Assembly: GCA_046563655.1 (NCBI GenBank)
Contig: CM102284.1
Coordinates: 5,766,001-5,830,000 of the forward strand
DNA length: 64,000 nt
Direction of reading: 5' to 3'
From: Yuukianura sp. NJ FZ-2021
Lineage: Eukaryota
This document shows positions 1-14,400 of this stretch, in pieces. The notes beneath the pieces were generated by a model. It was not told where the DNA came from. It searched no databases and was given only the letters and a program-made list of their open reading frames with translations. Position 1 is the stretch's first letter; each line of letters starts with the position of its first letter. The position numbers were made by a program, and so were the translations under genes.

Positions 1-1440
1 CATATCTACTTGAAGCACATTAGTAAACGGGTGACTCAAATAATCTACGTTGACAAGGATGATTCCCTACTTGAGTCGGTAAGATTCACACTTTTCATTT
101 TTTTTTCTCAACAATTTAGCATGAACGGGTGAACATTGGATAATTTCCAGTTATGATTTTGCTTACTAGGTTAAATACCGTATTCGTCCTTTGGCTTTCG
201 AGTATTTACAAAAGCGAGAAACGCCGTTGAAAGTGGACGTGTATTCAGGAGACATCGTTCAGTGTGATCCAAGGATTTTGAACACCACCCCGCCTACATT
301 TGCAGTAATAGGAATCGAGCTTATCGAACATTTAGACCCAGACGTTTTGTTAGGTTTTGAACGAACCGTTTTTGGTCTACTTCGTCCACCCTTGGTGAGC
401 TGATTCAATTTCAGTTAGTATTAAGGAGTCAGCGTTAATTCTGTCATTTTGTATAGGTAATTCTAACCACTCCAAATTCAGAATTCAATGTCGTTTTTAA
501 TATGGCACCAGGAGCTTTTCGTCATTGGGATCATAGTAAGTTGAGAATTTCAATTCTGAAAACAATTGCTAAAACTTACAATGGATCATTCGTAGGATTC
601 GAATGGACACGAGCTGAATTTCATCAATGGTGCCATCGAATATGTCGTCAATACGGTGGATATAACTATGAAACATTCGGGATTGGATCATGCGGCGAGG
701 CAACAGAACATTTAGGATGTGTTTCACAAATGGTAGTATTTCGCAAAGTCGTAGAAGAACCATCTAGTCTTCGCGATTATTCTCAATTCTCAGGTGACTG
801 TCCAATATTTTTTTCCATGTAAAAATGTAACTTTGTCTTACTGAATTAAATGGTTTATTATGATTTGTGTATAGATATTATCATTCCAGACGCATATCGG
901 CTTGTTTTCGATGAAAACTACCCGTTCTTTGTGGATACCACTCCGAGAGACGAAAAAATTTTCAATGCATTTAAATATCACATCGCCAACTACATTCTAG
1001 ACTACTCAAACCTTCAAAACTACATTGCAGAGCAAAAGACTGAAGTAACGCTTCCTATTGACGCCGCCAATTACATGAGTGGACTACCTCCGAACATTCC
1101 GGAAGACCTGGAGGAGGTTCGGTAGGTTGCACATAGCAGAACTTCTTGGTTATTCTTCATTCCGAAAAGGATTTAGTTATTCTTATGTTTGTTTTTTTTT
1201 AGATTAGCCTTGATCAAATGGGGATACAATCTCCAGCGTAATCCTGATACTCTTGCCTGGGAAATCTTGCTCAAAGTTCCGGAAGAAGATGCCAATCATG
1301 GACGTTATTGGGATGAAGATGAAGAAGAAATGGAAAGCGAAAATAATCTAGCAGTGGACGCAGAAGTGTGTAATATCAACGATTCCGTTCCTACCACGAG
1401 TGTTCCTGGAGATGTCGATTGGGATAACGAACAATGGTAA
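1..1440 (+). CDS. HEN1: Small RNA 2'-O-methyltransferase HEN1, 5'-truncated by the window edge, multi-exon
   Basis: Exons give IGIELIEHL, TTPNSEFN, FRHWDH and FEWTRAEF motifs typical of Hen1; GT-AG introns; stop at 1438-1440. Confidence 0.9.
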
Positions 1441-1599
1441 ACCAGAACCGTATTTGCAAAACGACAGGAGTAATTCGTAGAGTAAGATCTAATAATCTAT
1501 TTAATTTTATAATTTCTTATTACTGGATAGTAATTAGATTCTCAACTTTTCCTGGTGTAAACGTTACCATTCTAATTGTCCTTTTTAAATTCCTTGCAT

Positions 1600-4355
1600 T
1601 TTGCAAGTTGGACGAAATTTGGAAGGTACGCTTTTTTGCAAAAGTTTTTTTTCACTAATTTGTGCCAAATGGTATTCCGCAACTTGAGCTGAGCGATGGA
1701 GTTTGTGTCAAAATTGAAACAGAAACTGAGGATTTTTATTGATATATCAATTGATATAACTTACACGCCGCATCAAAATCAATTCTCTTCTTTCATATTC
1801 TTTAGACAGAAATATATGGACACCCACAATCAAATTTTTAAACGTCGTGAGGATATAGCAAGAGAAAAAAGATATTTTTCACGACATTTTAATTGAGAAG
1901 TTTTTTCCAAAACGTTCAAAAAAGTGTTTAACCGCTCGTTTTAGATTTGCCAAGTTTGCTGGGATGCTGGAAAAGCTTTTCTAAAAGTGAAAACTGTTAA
2001 TTTTTTTTAATTAATTATGGAAGTTGATGTTGGTTATGAATGATTTTTTAGAATAAAAGAAATGCTACATTCTGCAAGTAAAAGTTATTTTAAGTTCATT
2101 ATTATTATTATTTTTAATGAAAGAACAGTGAACAGCGCTCGATCCGTAGAAATCGCTGGAGAATAAAAATTTTGGAAGTTTATTTCGGTGAAAGCGAAAC
2201 ATTTGTTTTGATCTGTTTAGACGCCAGTTAAAATTTAAAATCATTCAGTCCATGTTTTTCATACAGTTTTACCTTACTTGAATTGATTTATTTTTCATAT
2301 GGCTTTGAGATTAGAAAAGAAAATTAAATTAGTTTCATATTTATTTTAGTGAATTGGTTTTTTAACTAGAAATAATACTCTGATGAAACTTTGTTTGGAA
2401 AATTAACTTAAGCTTTTGAACATAATTTTAAATTAAGCTCCAATTTCTATCGTTTTCCTATTTTTTAAAATTAGACAAAATTTTGAAAGTGCACTGTTTT
2501 GTCTTAAACCGTTTTGGGCCAAATTACGGTTTATGAAATGTTATTTTGCAATTTGAGGCACTTTAGGTTAAATCGCGAACATTTTGAAAGTACGTTTTTT
2601 TTCTGTTGCAAAAATTTTGCACCAAATTATGCGAAAAGATGTGTTTGAGTGACGGAGGTACAACAGTCGCTGCAAATTTGAAATTGTTAGACTTTTCTAA
2701 ATTGGGAATTGTGCTTGTGTTTACGAAAATTTTGTCAAACAAAATTTGAAAATGCAATTTTTGCAATAAAGTGTGCGAAATTTTGTTCTGCGACTTCAAC
2801 TGGTCGATGGAGTTGGCAGAATTGCATCAAAGCTGGAATTTTTTGAATTTTGTAATTTGAGAAATTGGAAAGTGTCCGAAGTGAATTTGGTCGATTTGAG
2901 ATAGGGGATTATACGGAGCGAAAAGGTGAAAGGCAGATAGCTCCTCTCTGCTTTTGGGGCTATTGTATGGGAAGGCCGCCAGCGGGAAAAAGTTGAGGAA
3001 GGTGAGGAGCCTTTCTGACTCGCCTAATCTCCGCATAGCTCCGGACAGTTTCCAAGCAGAGCCTACCCCTCTGCAATGTTAAATCTCTTTCCAAAATTTC
3101 AGAAAATTAAAAAACTTTAAAAATTCATATCTCTTGAACGGATTGTGTTAGAGAGCTAATCTCTTCACACCTAAATTCACAATGATCATTAGAATATTTC
3201 AAGTCCAAAAAACCGAAATCGAAATTTTTACTAATTTTTAACAAAATCTCTTAAAATTTTTCAAATTTCATCAAAATTTTGAAGATGAATTTTTTGCGAA
3301 ATTTTTGCACCAAATTACATGAAATACATGAAATACTATTTTGGATCAATGAGCTGAGCGCTTGATCCACAGAAATTGCTGCAAAGTTGAAAATTCAAAA
3401 TTTTGCTCAATATAAGTGAAAGTTTTTTTATGATTTGGTTTAGACGCTAGTTAAAATTTAAAATAATTCTGTCTAAGTATTTTACACTGGTTTATCTAGC
3501 CTGAAATTATTAATTTTTTATACAACGTTGAGGAACTCTCTGAAAATTCGATTTCCCATTTTTCAAAAATTGATAAAATTTTTAAAATGTGTTTGGAAAA
3601 GTTTTAAAGCGAAGTGTTGTTTTGCAATTTGACTGCTGAATTTTTTAAAACGAGCATATTTTGAATTTGAATGTGCGTTTTTTTTTTTTTGCGAAAATGT
3701 TGCAGTAAATTATGCGAAAAGATGTTTTGCAACTTGAGTCGAGCGATGGAGTCACAGAAATCGCTGCAAGTTTGAAATTTTTAGAATTTTTTAAATGAGG
3801 AATTATGCATGTGTTTTTGGAAGTTTTTGAAAGAGTCTTTTGCATGGGAGGCCTTCGGGAGAGGCAAAAAGTAGATCGGAGATTATACGAAGCGAAGAGG
3901 CGAGATAGGTCTTTTGCTCTTGTGTGCTTTTTGTATGGGGAGGCCGCCAGCGGGAGAAAAGTTGAGGAAGGAGAGGAGCCTTTCTGACTCGCCTAATCTC
4001 CGCATAGCTCCGGACACTTTTTCAGAGAGCCTCCAACTTCACAATGGAAAATCTCTTTCCAAAATTTCAAAAAATACAGAAACTTTAAAAATTCATATCT
4101 CTGGAACGAAATGCAATAAATTGCTAATTCCTTCACCACTCAACTCAAAATGATCTCTAAAATATTTTAAGCACAAAAAACAGAACTCGAAATTATTAAA
4201 GAATTTTAACAAAATCCCTGGACTAAAGGCCATGGATTTTTTCAAATTTCATAAAAATTTTGAAGGTGCGTTTTTTTGCGAAATTGTTGCACCGGATTAC
4301 ATGAAAAACTATTTTGGAACAAAGCTGAGCGCTTGACCCACAGAATTCGCCGTAA
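1600..4355. repeat. Degenerate tandem repeat block, about three copies of a ~1.0-1.2 kb unit
   Basis: Recurring anchors: cgct(c/t)ga(t/c)cc..agaa at ~2136, 3359, 4330; ttagacgc.agttaaaatttaaaa at ~2217, 3440; GC-rich core aggccgccagcggga...ctcgcctaatctccgcatagctccggaca at ~2973 and ~3941. Confidence 0.85.
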
Positions 4356-5747
4356 AATTATATTGTTTTTTTTTTTTTCATTTATTCAATCCTTTTTATT
4401 CATTAGAATGTTTTGCCAAAAAACAGAAAGTAAAACATATCAAATTAATCTTTAGCTTACTCCTAGCAGATTCTGTTCCATTTTTTGTGGAGATTCAATT
4501 TCATTTTAGGTTGTTGACCTTTGACCTAGCTCTCAGAGATTTCTTAAACCAGGATCAGTTTTTGATGAGACCAGAAGGACACTCGGGCTTGCATTTCCAA
4601 AAAGGCAAATTGTTCAATATTGTGCTTGTCAAACTGTTAGGAAGGTGTGGATGTGGAAATGCTAAATTCTAAATGTGTGGTTAGCGGTGACATTAACTTT
4701 AAATTCCTAAATTAACCCCATTAATTAATTAGATCTTACAATTAATTAGAAGATTCGTTCTTTATAATTAATAATCCTTAAGCCGCAATAAATAACCAAT
4801 AACAAACAAGTAGTAGGCACTCCATCATTCGTCACTCACTGGTTTAAACCCCTATGTTTTTTGTAACTTAAAGTTTAGCAAAACCATCACAAAAGTTTAC
4901 CTTGATCAAAAATCAAAAGGAAACGATTACAACCAAAGTGAGCTGCTTATTGATCATTAGTATTTAAGACTTTAACCAAAATATAAACAAAATTAATTTA
5001 ACAATTAACTATTTTACACTCAAAAAACAAAACACCATAAATTATGAAATACTTCAAAAACACGGGAGTCAAAAAATACTTAAAAAATTAAATTAAATTA
5101 AAGCTAACAATTACAACCCAAAATCAAATTAAAGTTAAGTTATCCAAACCCAGTGCCAATCCTAATAAGTTTGAAAAATTCTGCTTCGAGATTCACAATC
5201 GATTACTTTAGCATTTTAGACAAAATTTTAGTCACCTTTGGTGCAAATTAATTGTGACTTAACTTCCTACCTTACCAAATTACTATACACATTTCATTTG
5301 CAACAGATCCTTACATTACTGAAATGTTTTCGAACCAATTACACAAGTTATAAGGTACCATACCACATAGTAATTAAGTTGATCCTAACTTAATCATCAA
5401 CTTATAAATCAAAGGTAGTATAAACTGTTAGAAATTCAGAACACAAGTCTTTGAGATTTTTCGTTTGAAAAATTATGAGAGAGCTGCAAAATATTTAGAA
5501 CTGCATTTTTTGTGTTTAGAAATTTTGGAGACCATTTTGAAAGATGAAGATTTTGAAGTGGAATATAGTAAAAGCTGATAGGGTCGTTTGTTCGACAGGT
5601 CAGATCTAAGAAGTGAAGTGTGGCATTTCAACTTGTTTTTGGTTTTCGTAGTAATTGAGGGAGAAAGCGTAGAGAGATGAGGTGGGTGATAAAGTTCGTT
5701 CGTCGTTGAAACAATTAAATTCACTGGTAACAATTTGGAATTCCAGC

Positions 5748-8700
5748 TCAAACGAATGTGGCCAGCGGAGAAGGAAGATTTGGATCCTTCTTCTTCACTC
5801 CATACTGACCAATGAAAGATCCATCTTCTGTGAATTTCGCAGCTGCTAAGAACAATGTGTCGCAATTAGAAATGAACAAAACTTGTGTGCACGATACGTT
5901 TTTCAGAATTTCCACTAACCTTCATCTCCGTACTCAATCATCGAATCCGTGTCAGATTCATGTGGCGGTTTAAAATCACTGACCAAGGACTGTCTTCCTG
6001 AAGGTTCTTCAGCAGGCCTATTCAATAAACTATTTCTGTTGAGTATTTACATTCTACAATTCATAACTTTGCAAAATTTCGATTTCGGAAACTTACGGCT
6101 GAGCATATTCTCGAAATCCACCTTCGTCGTAATCGAGGCGTCCATGAGCTACCTCTCGCTCGTACACGGCGTATTTTCCTCCTCGATTCCTTTTGATGAT
6201 GCACACCAAGATGAGGACGAAGAGAAGGAAGGCAAGAGCAACTATTTAAAAAATATTAATCAAAACATTTATCAAAACAAAAATAATTAACAGCTCGGTT
6301 TATGTTTACTTACCGATAAGACCAATATACCAACCAGTTATTGGACTAGCTTCTTTGGCTCGTCTTGTCGGAGCATCTAAACATTTTTATAAAAAAAGAA
6401 AACAAAACAAATCATTTGAGGCCCATCTTCATACTCTATTAAACTGAAGTTTAGAATTTACCGATAGCATAAGTATAAATTTCTTGTTCATCGGATGGCG
6501 TAGATTTACTTCCATCCACTGCAACTACTCGGAAAAGATAAGTTTCACCAGGATTCAATCCCCGAACTATATCAAAATCTTCATTAAAAACTTCTGGGGC
6601 AGTGTTCCAGTTTGTTTTTCCATATGTTCTGTAAAGAGGAAGCGAATGTTAACAACTTCAACTTATGAAACATATTCAGAACTTACGTGTTGAAATGGCT
6701 TGACAAAATTTACCTGTATTGGACATAAAAATGAGAGCCAGGACCCGTGCCTGGAGCATCAAAAGTAGGTTTCCAATTGACCCGCACAGCGGCAAGTCCA
6801 TGTTCACTCCGTTCATGATCCCACAGAAAGCCTGGTTTGGCAATGACAGTTGCGTTGTCCGCGAATGTCTTCTCTTGGACAAAGGTTCTGAAAATAACAA
6901 AAACATCAAAGCTTAGATCTTTCTTAGCTCAACTTTTAAAAGCAAACGTCTTACTCTTCTCCCGGGCCCATTTTAGTTAAAGCTGCCACGTAGACGCGGT
7001 AGGATGTGTCGGGATGCAATCCCGCTAATTTCGCACTGACAATTTCTGGATGGTTGATGGGTGGACGTCGTTCCGCGAGCTCACTCCATTTTACTTCTGT
7101 TCCAATCACCTGCAAACAGAAATCAACTTGTAGTTACAAAAGCAACAAAATATTTAAAAACATTACACAATCAATTGTATTTATCAAAATTTTTACTCTG
7201 AAATCAACACTTACTCGAACGTATTTGATTTGATAACCGAGTAAAATCCCATTAGGCTGTTCCGGCCTATTCCACTTGAGATGCAGTGAAGAAACCCCTA
7301 CAAAATTCGATTAGAAAAATTAGAAAGTGAAACTTCATACGCTAAATGCTAAATATAAAGCACTTACCAAGTGGTCGAACTTCTAATTCATCTACTGGTC
7401 CAGGAAGACCTTCGTCCGTGATTACTTCCAGAACATGGCTGTAGGGTCCATGATGATCTGAATTGTAAGCATAAACTCTCAAATAATTTCGAGAGAATGG
7501 AATTAGCTTGTCAACAATCGCATCGGTAGCATCAAAGTTGACAGCCATGGTTCGAAAGACGTCTTCGCCATCCGCATCCGTCCAAGTTTCTATTTTGTAT
7601 CCTTCAAACTTTCCTTGAAGACTTTCTGGCCTGACAGGATTCCATGACACATGAGCACTTTTAGAGTCGATCTTGCTTCTCAATGTGAAATTCGAAGGTG
7701 CTTCAGTCGGAGCTACAAAATTCAAACAATTCCAGAATTGAGCAACATCTCTAATAATATCAGAAAATTGTTGAAGACAAACTTACTGTCTTGGCCCGAA
7801 AATCCACGGACGATAGCTGGTGCAACATTGCTGTCACCCTTTGAATTGACTGCTTTCACTTTGATGAGATATGGACGATATATCGGTTGGCCATGGATGA
7901 TTAGTTCACTTTGTCTCCAATCAGTGATGGTTTGTGTCTTCCAAGTATGATGGTCATCGTCTTCTTTCCATTGTACTTCGTATTTAAAGCCGGGCGCGTT
8001 GTGGTCAATTTCGGGCATCGGCGTCCAAGTAATTCGTAGTGTCCGGGGATCCGTTTTATCTGCTTTTACATTTTCTGGATTCGAGAAAGGAACGTCCTCC
8101 GAAGTGGTGCAAACATCCGAGTGAAGAGATGGCAAAGATGGTCCAATAACATTTTTCGCTATCACACGAAAGGTGTAGTTGCCCCACGGTTTCATCGAGA
8201 CCTAGAAAAAATACAAAAACATCAATTTTTGAAACTAATGATCTGATGAAAAATCTAGCATTAAGATTATCAACTTACAGTGTAGCTAGTTTCTGAAGCA
8301 GGTACGGTGGTAGCAAATTCCCACGAATCAGGCGTGAAGCTAGTGTTGAATTGAATATTGTAGTGCAGAATAGCTGCTCGACCGTCTCCCTTTGCAATCC
8401 ATCGTACTGTTGCATCTCTTGGCTTACATTCTATTGAAACCAATTCCGGTCTGTTTGGAACATCTCGAACAATTAGATTGGCACTGGCTGAAGCGTTGTC
8501 GTAGAGTGTTTTGGCCAGACAAGTGTAAACACCACTATCCAATTCTGTGGTTTTGTCAATTGTTAGTGAATTGTCTTGGTGTTTGACATATCGAGGATTA
8601 GCGTCGAAATCTATTGGAGCACCATCATTCAACCACTCAATGGTCAAGTCCAAACTTTCGTCTGCCACTGCAGTACAACCAAATTTTACCGGATGACCAG

Positions 8701-11408
8701 CCGTAGCTTGATAATTTTCTGGACCTTCTTTTATAACTGTAGGAGCTGTGAATTTCAGAAGAAAAACAGTTAATTGAATCCAACCTCAATTCGATTGATT
8801 TTGATTATTATGATTGATTTCTTACATTTGACATCCAGCGTTCCACTGGCAGTAGCATTTCCAAACTTATTTGTTGCAAAACAACTGTAAGGTCCGCGGT
8901 CCAGGAAGCCGACTGATGTGATATTCAGATCTCCATTCAGCAAAATGTCATAATTTCCACCAGTCAATTCTTTATCTTTTCTAATCCATCGAACTAGCGG
9001 TCTTGGTGCTCCAAACACACGACACGTAACCAACGCACTGGATCCTTCAATTGCTACAACATCTTTGGGTGGATCCGTAATTTCTGGTGGCAGGGCTGCA
9101 ACCGAAAATCATTCACTTGAATTCAGGAATCCAAAAAGTATCTAGACTTCAAAATTGAAATTTTGAAAACTTGTTGTACCAAGAACATTGACGTAGACAT
9201 CTTTGTAGACATATCCAAAAGTATTGGAAGCATTGCATCCGTAATTGCCAGTATCCATTTTTGTTATATTCCGAATAACGATTCTGTCACCCTCCAAGGT
9301 TCTTCTGGGATTTGGCGCAGCTTCTTCAATTGGTTTTCCGTTATGAATCCATTTGATAATCGGTCCTGGAACACCATCCGCTGTACATTGAAATTCTACA
9401 GTCTCTTCTTCAGCAGCATTTACAACTTCCGGTTCGATTTTAAAATACGGAGCAGCTACAATTTCAGAAAACAAAGCCAATTAAAATGAATTACGAGGTA
9501 AACAGGATATGAGACAGGATAACATAAAACGTAAGGCACTCACATTCAACCTTGACATCAATTGAATAAGATACTGGCGTTCCTACACCGTTTGAGGCAT
9601 CACAATCGTAGCTTCCTGTGTCATTGAATGTTACGTCAGAGATACGCATCGTTTTTCCATAGTTGTCGTAAGACACGCGATCAAATGGGAGACGACCTGC
9701 CTTTCTTGACCAGCGAATCTCAGGAAGAGGCCTGAAATTGCATATACACTTTATTTTTATGTATCTCAGAACCAACATCTGCCGAATTCATGTCAAAAGG
9801 GAGCTCATCTTACGTTCCACCGACGATACACCATAATTCCAGAGTTTGGCCTCTGATTGCCACAGTTTGTCTTTTTGTCATGTATTGTGCAGTGGGAGGA
9901 TGTTTATTTTGCACAGCAGACCCAGTAGTCGGATTAACATTCAAGTACACTCGATTTCCCAGCTTGTACTCGTGTCTGTAACACACAAAAAGTTAGAAAC
10001 CACTAATTAGCCCGTCGTAATATAGCGGAACCATAAAACGATGCGCGAACTCACCGAAATGGCGAATAGGCTGAACAAGCGTAGTTGAACTGTAGACTCT
10101 TGTCAAATCGAGTTACATTGGAGAACCACAGGGTTCCTTCTGGATCCACCGTCATACGAGATGAATTAATATTCTTGAAAGCGCCTTGGCTGTTTTGCAG
10201 CATCCAGTCCACACGCGGTTTTGGCCAACCATCCGGAGCGTTACATGGCAGTTGAAATGGCTTGCCTTCTTCTGCAAAAACTGTTTCCACGACCACATCA
10301 TCTTTGAAAGCATTGAGTTCCGCCTTCCGCAGAAAGACAGAGTTGGAAGTAGCCGTCCCAAAGGAATTGGTGGCAAAACACTGATATTGTCCAATGTCTT
10401 CATCTCTGGGTTCTGTAACCACGAGGGTACCGCGACCCGGCTGCTGCAGAATCCTGTTGTCATATGCCTGCAGCCCAAAAAAAACATTCATTAGAGTTCA
10501 AAATTTTGGATTGAGGCATGAAACTGCAGTGGCTTAATTACAGAGTCCAGAAACGTACCTGCCAATCAAACTTTTTGCCGTTCTTGATCCATGAATACTG
10601 TGGTTCTGGAGTGCCCTCAGCCTCACACTCGATAATGAATGGCTTATTATTTTCATCCACTCGTTGTGCTACTTGGAACAGAATTAAGTCCGTAGGGGGT
10701 TGTTTTGTGATCAGTGGAGGGGAAGATACTGCAATTTTAAGCAAAACAATAAACCCACAATTAGTTCCTTTGAGTTGGAATTTATGAATAACTAAGAATT
10801 ACACTAAATCGTTTTACTCTCAAAAGTTCTATGGGCATTTTGAATAAATATGGATACAAAGATGATGTCTCGTCGTTCGATATTTCATTAATTTCATTTT
10901 TTGATAAAAAAAAAAGAAAGAAATTATGATATTTCAAACAATTTTCAAATATTCATCAAATTGTTTTTTTTGTGTCACATCACATCCACCCACAAAATTT
11001 CTCCACCTAAACGACGTATTTGGGTGAAAGTTTGTTCAGTTGTGTTTTTCATTCATTTTCCATTCACTTTTTGATAGTGCTTATTAACTTACTATTTCAA
11101 TCTTTTCAAAACTCTTATAGTTCTTACATTGATTTTGTTTTTAAATGAATGTTTTGTTTACCTTCAGCATTTATTGTGCCCACTTGAAGGGCCAGCAGGA
11201 GGCCAAGGAGGGAGAGACAGATAGGGAGCGGCGAGGCGGAAGAGAATGATGAGCTTCTTCTGCCTTTCCCCGAACTTTCACTTCCTCCAAAACATCTTCT
11301 GGATTTCCATCCTTCCGCAGACATCTTTCCACTACTTCCACCAACCCTTAATGAAACTTCCACTGAATCAACACTTCTCTTCCTTGTCCACAAAGATACA
11401 AAGGACAT
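5748..11408 (-). CDS. Nrg: Neuroglian / L1-type Ig-FN3 cell adhesion molecule
   Basis: Signal peptide, Ig domains (CEAEGTPEP, YQCFATN), FN3 repeats, TM segment, cytoplasmic ESDTDSM.EYGD and FTEDGSFIGQY ankyrin-binding motif; ends ATFV* at 5748. Start ATG could be 11408 or 11324. Confidence 0.95.
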
Positions 11409-14400
11409 TCCCCAACTTGATTGTCTTTCTGGCTCCAATTCTTTCTCAACTTCAGTCACTCCATCCAAAGTTAATAAAGTCCTTAAAATTCCTAAAAACA
11501 AACAAAAAGAATCAACTTTAGTTACAAATGTCGCACATTTTTCTATTTCAAGTAACCCAAAACGCTCTTGTCGTCCAAAATCAAATAACTTTTACGTTAC
11601 ACATTAATTTTTCCATTTCCTAGTTCCACTTTCACCACTCCCCTCAAACCCTACCCTAATCCTGTCTAATTTCTTTGATTGAACCACCAGAAAGAAACCA
11701 CTGGTTCAGAAAAAGTCGTGTCTCGTCTCCACCCCTCCTTGTTCAACTGATTGTCATGTTCAGTTGAGCTTCTTCTTGTCATGATGGGATGTAATAGGAT
11801 TTGTCTAAACGAGATAATTGCTTCCCATGCTCAACTTCCCTCTTCCCAACATCAGCCTCAGTTTGTTCGTATTTCCAAAAACAGACAATGGAAAGGCAGT
11901 AAAAGCTGCGTTGGCTCAAAAAATACCAACCAGAAATCCTAAAACTCCACAAAAATAAACTTATTTCTCCAAAAGCAAAAAACGGCCAATGTCATTGTCT
12001 CCCTTTCCTTCAAACTTGATTATCATGGATGAGATGCAGACCATAGTAGTGTGAGCATTCCCATGTCATAGATCACCATCTCAGCAGGGAGATGTTCAGA
12101 TTTCATACATCTTCTAAACCTAACTTTACATAAACTAGTTCAAAAACTTCTTTTGGTCTAGTACATAACATCCCTTGCACTCAAAGTACTCTATTATACC
12201 TAAATGTGATTTCGGCTTTCCAACAGTCACAACTTACAGAATCTCCCTTCGTAACATCTTTCCTGCATAGTCCAACCTTCAGCATAGGGAAAACAGAGGA
12301 AACGGAATATTTCAGTTTCAGTAATATGACACCGATGGGCCTCGGTCTGCTTCCAAACCCTGCCAACACGCGCCGGTACCCAAAACAGAAATAATGTTAG
12401 TAGCAAACCTGACAACTTAGGCAAAAACCATCGCATTACTCCGAAGTTTCACAGGAGAGCTCAAAGTTTCACCCTGGTTTTAGCTTATCCGTGACCACGG
12501 TTAGGGTCTGCGCGCCCATATTCAACAAATTGAACGTTAGAAAGCTGCCCAACCCCCAAAATACGGAACATCACCTTCAATTCTTCATAAATCTCAATCT
12601 TCCGGAGCAAGAGACAGGCGGAACTCTCCCTCAGTTTAGTTCTGATCATTTATCATCACAGAGACACTCCGATTTTACCGCAAGAGAAGATTAAAGTATC
12701 CAACTCAACCTAACTACTGCACAAGACTGCACCAAAACTGCAACAGTCTCAAATTTCATTTTCCAAAAAAGTAACAACTTTCACCCCAAAAATGATTTTC
12801 TCCCTTGCACGATTTTCAGTTTCCTGGAAGCCTCTGTCGCCGCACTATTTCATATCGATTCTTCACCCCTCCTCACCAGCAGTACTTCCCAAGTACTCTA
12901 CCAAGTCTTCATTATTTGTCACCCCATTATAAATCATTAAGCTCCGACTCTCGGTCCTTTTCCCTCTTCTCGCTTTTCCTTACTGCTTGTTCACCATCAT
13001 ATAAAATTTATTTCCAAGAAGACAATCATAAAATAACTTTTTCGGATTCTTCACCCCTTTCGTTGTTCAGCTTCTTTGCTTCCCTCAGTACACAGAGTGC
13101 ATTAGCTAAAATTGACTCCTACATTTTCTTACTTCAAGTTAAAAGCAATACCATCATCCCCTCAAACGACCGCTTTGTAAAAATAACCAAGGGAAATTCA
13201 ACTTTCTCTCAAAATAGAACGGAAATGCAGCTTTCTCTAAAAATACAAACCTCCCCAAGACAAAATAGAGGAAGAACCTCCCAAAATTTCATTAAAACTT
13301 TACATGAACTGTCTACTCGGAAAGGAAATTAGGAAAATAGCATTAACTCAACCTAGCCTATGTTAGTTAACCTAAGAACCAAAGTTCATGAACTTTTTTC
13401 CAATACTTTAAGACACAGGAAAACATGCGTTGCATTTATAAAACTCTAGAAACGTAAGCTTGAGGTTAGATTCAGCCAATAAAACTTTCTAGTGAACCTA
13501 AATCAATATTTTCTTGCAAGACAGAAACCGAATAAAACCAGAAGGAGCATTAAACACAACTTTTACCTTTGCGGATGCACTGCCTTAGATGTTGGAAAAG
13601 CAACAAGAAAAGTGAAAGTGAAACCAATTCATTACTTTCCCCTCCCAGCAGTGTCTAGAGACAAAATTTCCTTATTCCCTCTGGTTCTGTTAAGTGCCTC
13701 CACCATCCAAGTCCTTTGCTGTCACAGCAAAATAATAGAAGAAAAAACCTTAGAAACTAATCACTACTACTTTCCCTTTACCAAAAAAGAAAAATTTAAT
13801 TACATTTTCACCAGCTGAGAACAGACCGAACTTTCACTTTCAAAAACTTTCACGTCCTCGAGGCCTCAAGCTCCAAATTTCCAATCTTTTCTCACTTTCT
13901 CCCGCCGTCTTTCGATCTCTTAAATCTTTGAAAATCTCAGATCCTTCCAAAACTTGAAATTTTTTAAAGATTAAAATCTAAAAGAAGCTAATCTCCACTC
14001 CCCACCCCCTTCAAACTGCCAACAAACTTTAATTTGATAGAAATTGCTTCTCTTATGGACTCCAACCGGGAAATTTCGTTAGTGAAAGAGGTGATGAGAC
14101 TAGCAGTTTTTGAAACTCAATTCCAAGTAACAGTAGATTCCAAATTTAAACCCCATAACAATAACCCTCAACACTAGTAGCCTTTCTAGAAAGTCTATAA
14201 CCTAACCTTAGCCTTAAAATCTCAATTTCCTGGTTCAAAACTTCATCCTATTAAAAGGTTAACAGCTTATTGTTACGACACTGCTTTCTCCTAGAAGGGG
14301 GAGAAATAGAAAGCACAACTTCTAGTCTAGAAACTAACTTTTTTCACCATTGTGCATCTAAGTATAGCTGCAAAAGTGCGTTTTTGTAGTAGACTGGTTT

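Noticed and set aside
12181-13818. ORFs in the Nrg intron, including the 175-aa one
   Set aside because: No recognisable domain or splice structure; composition-driven
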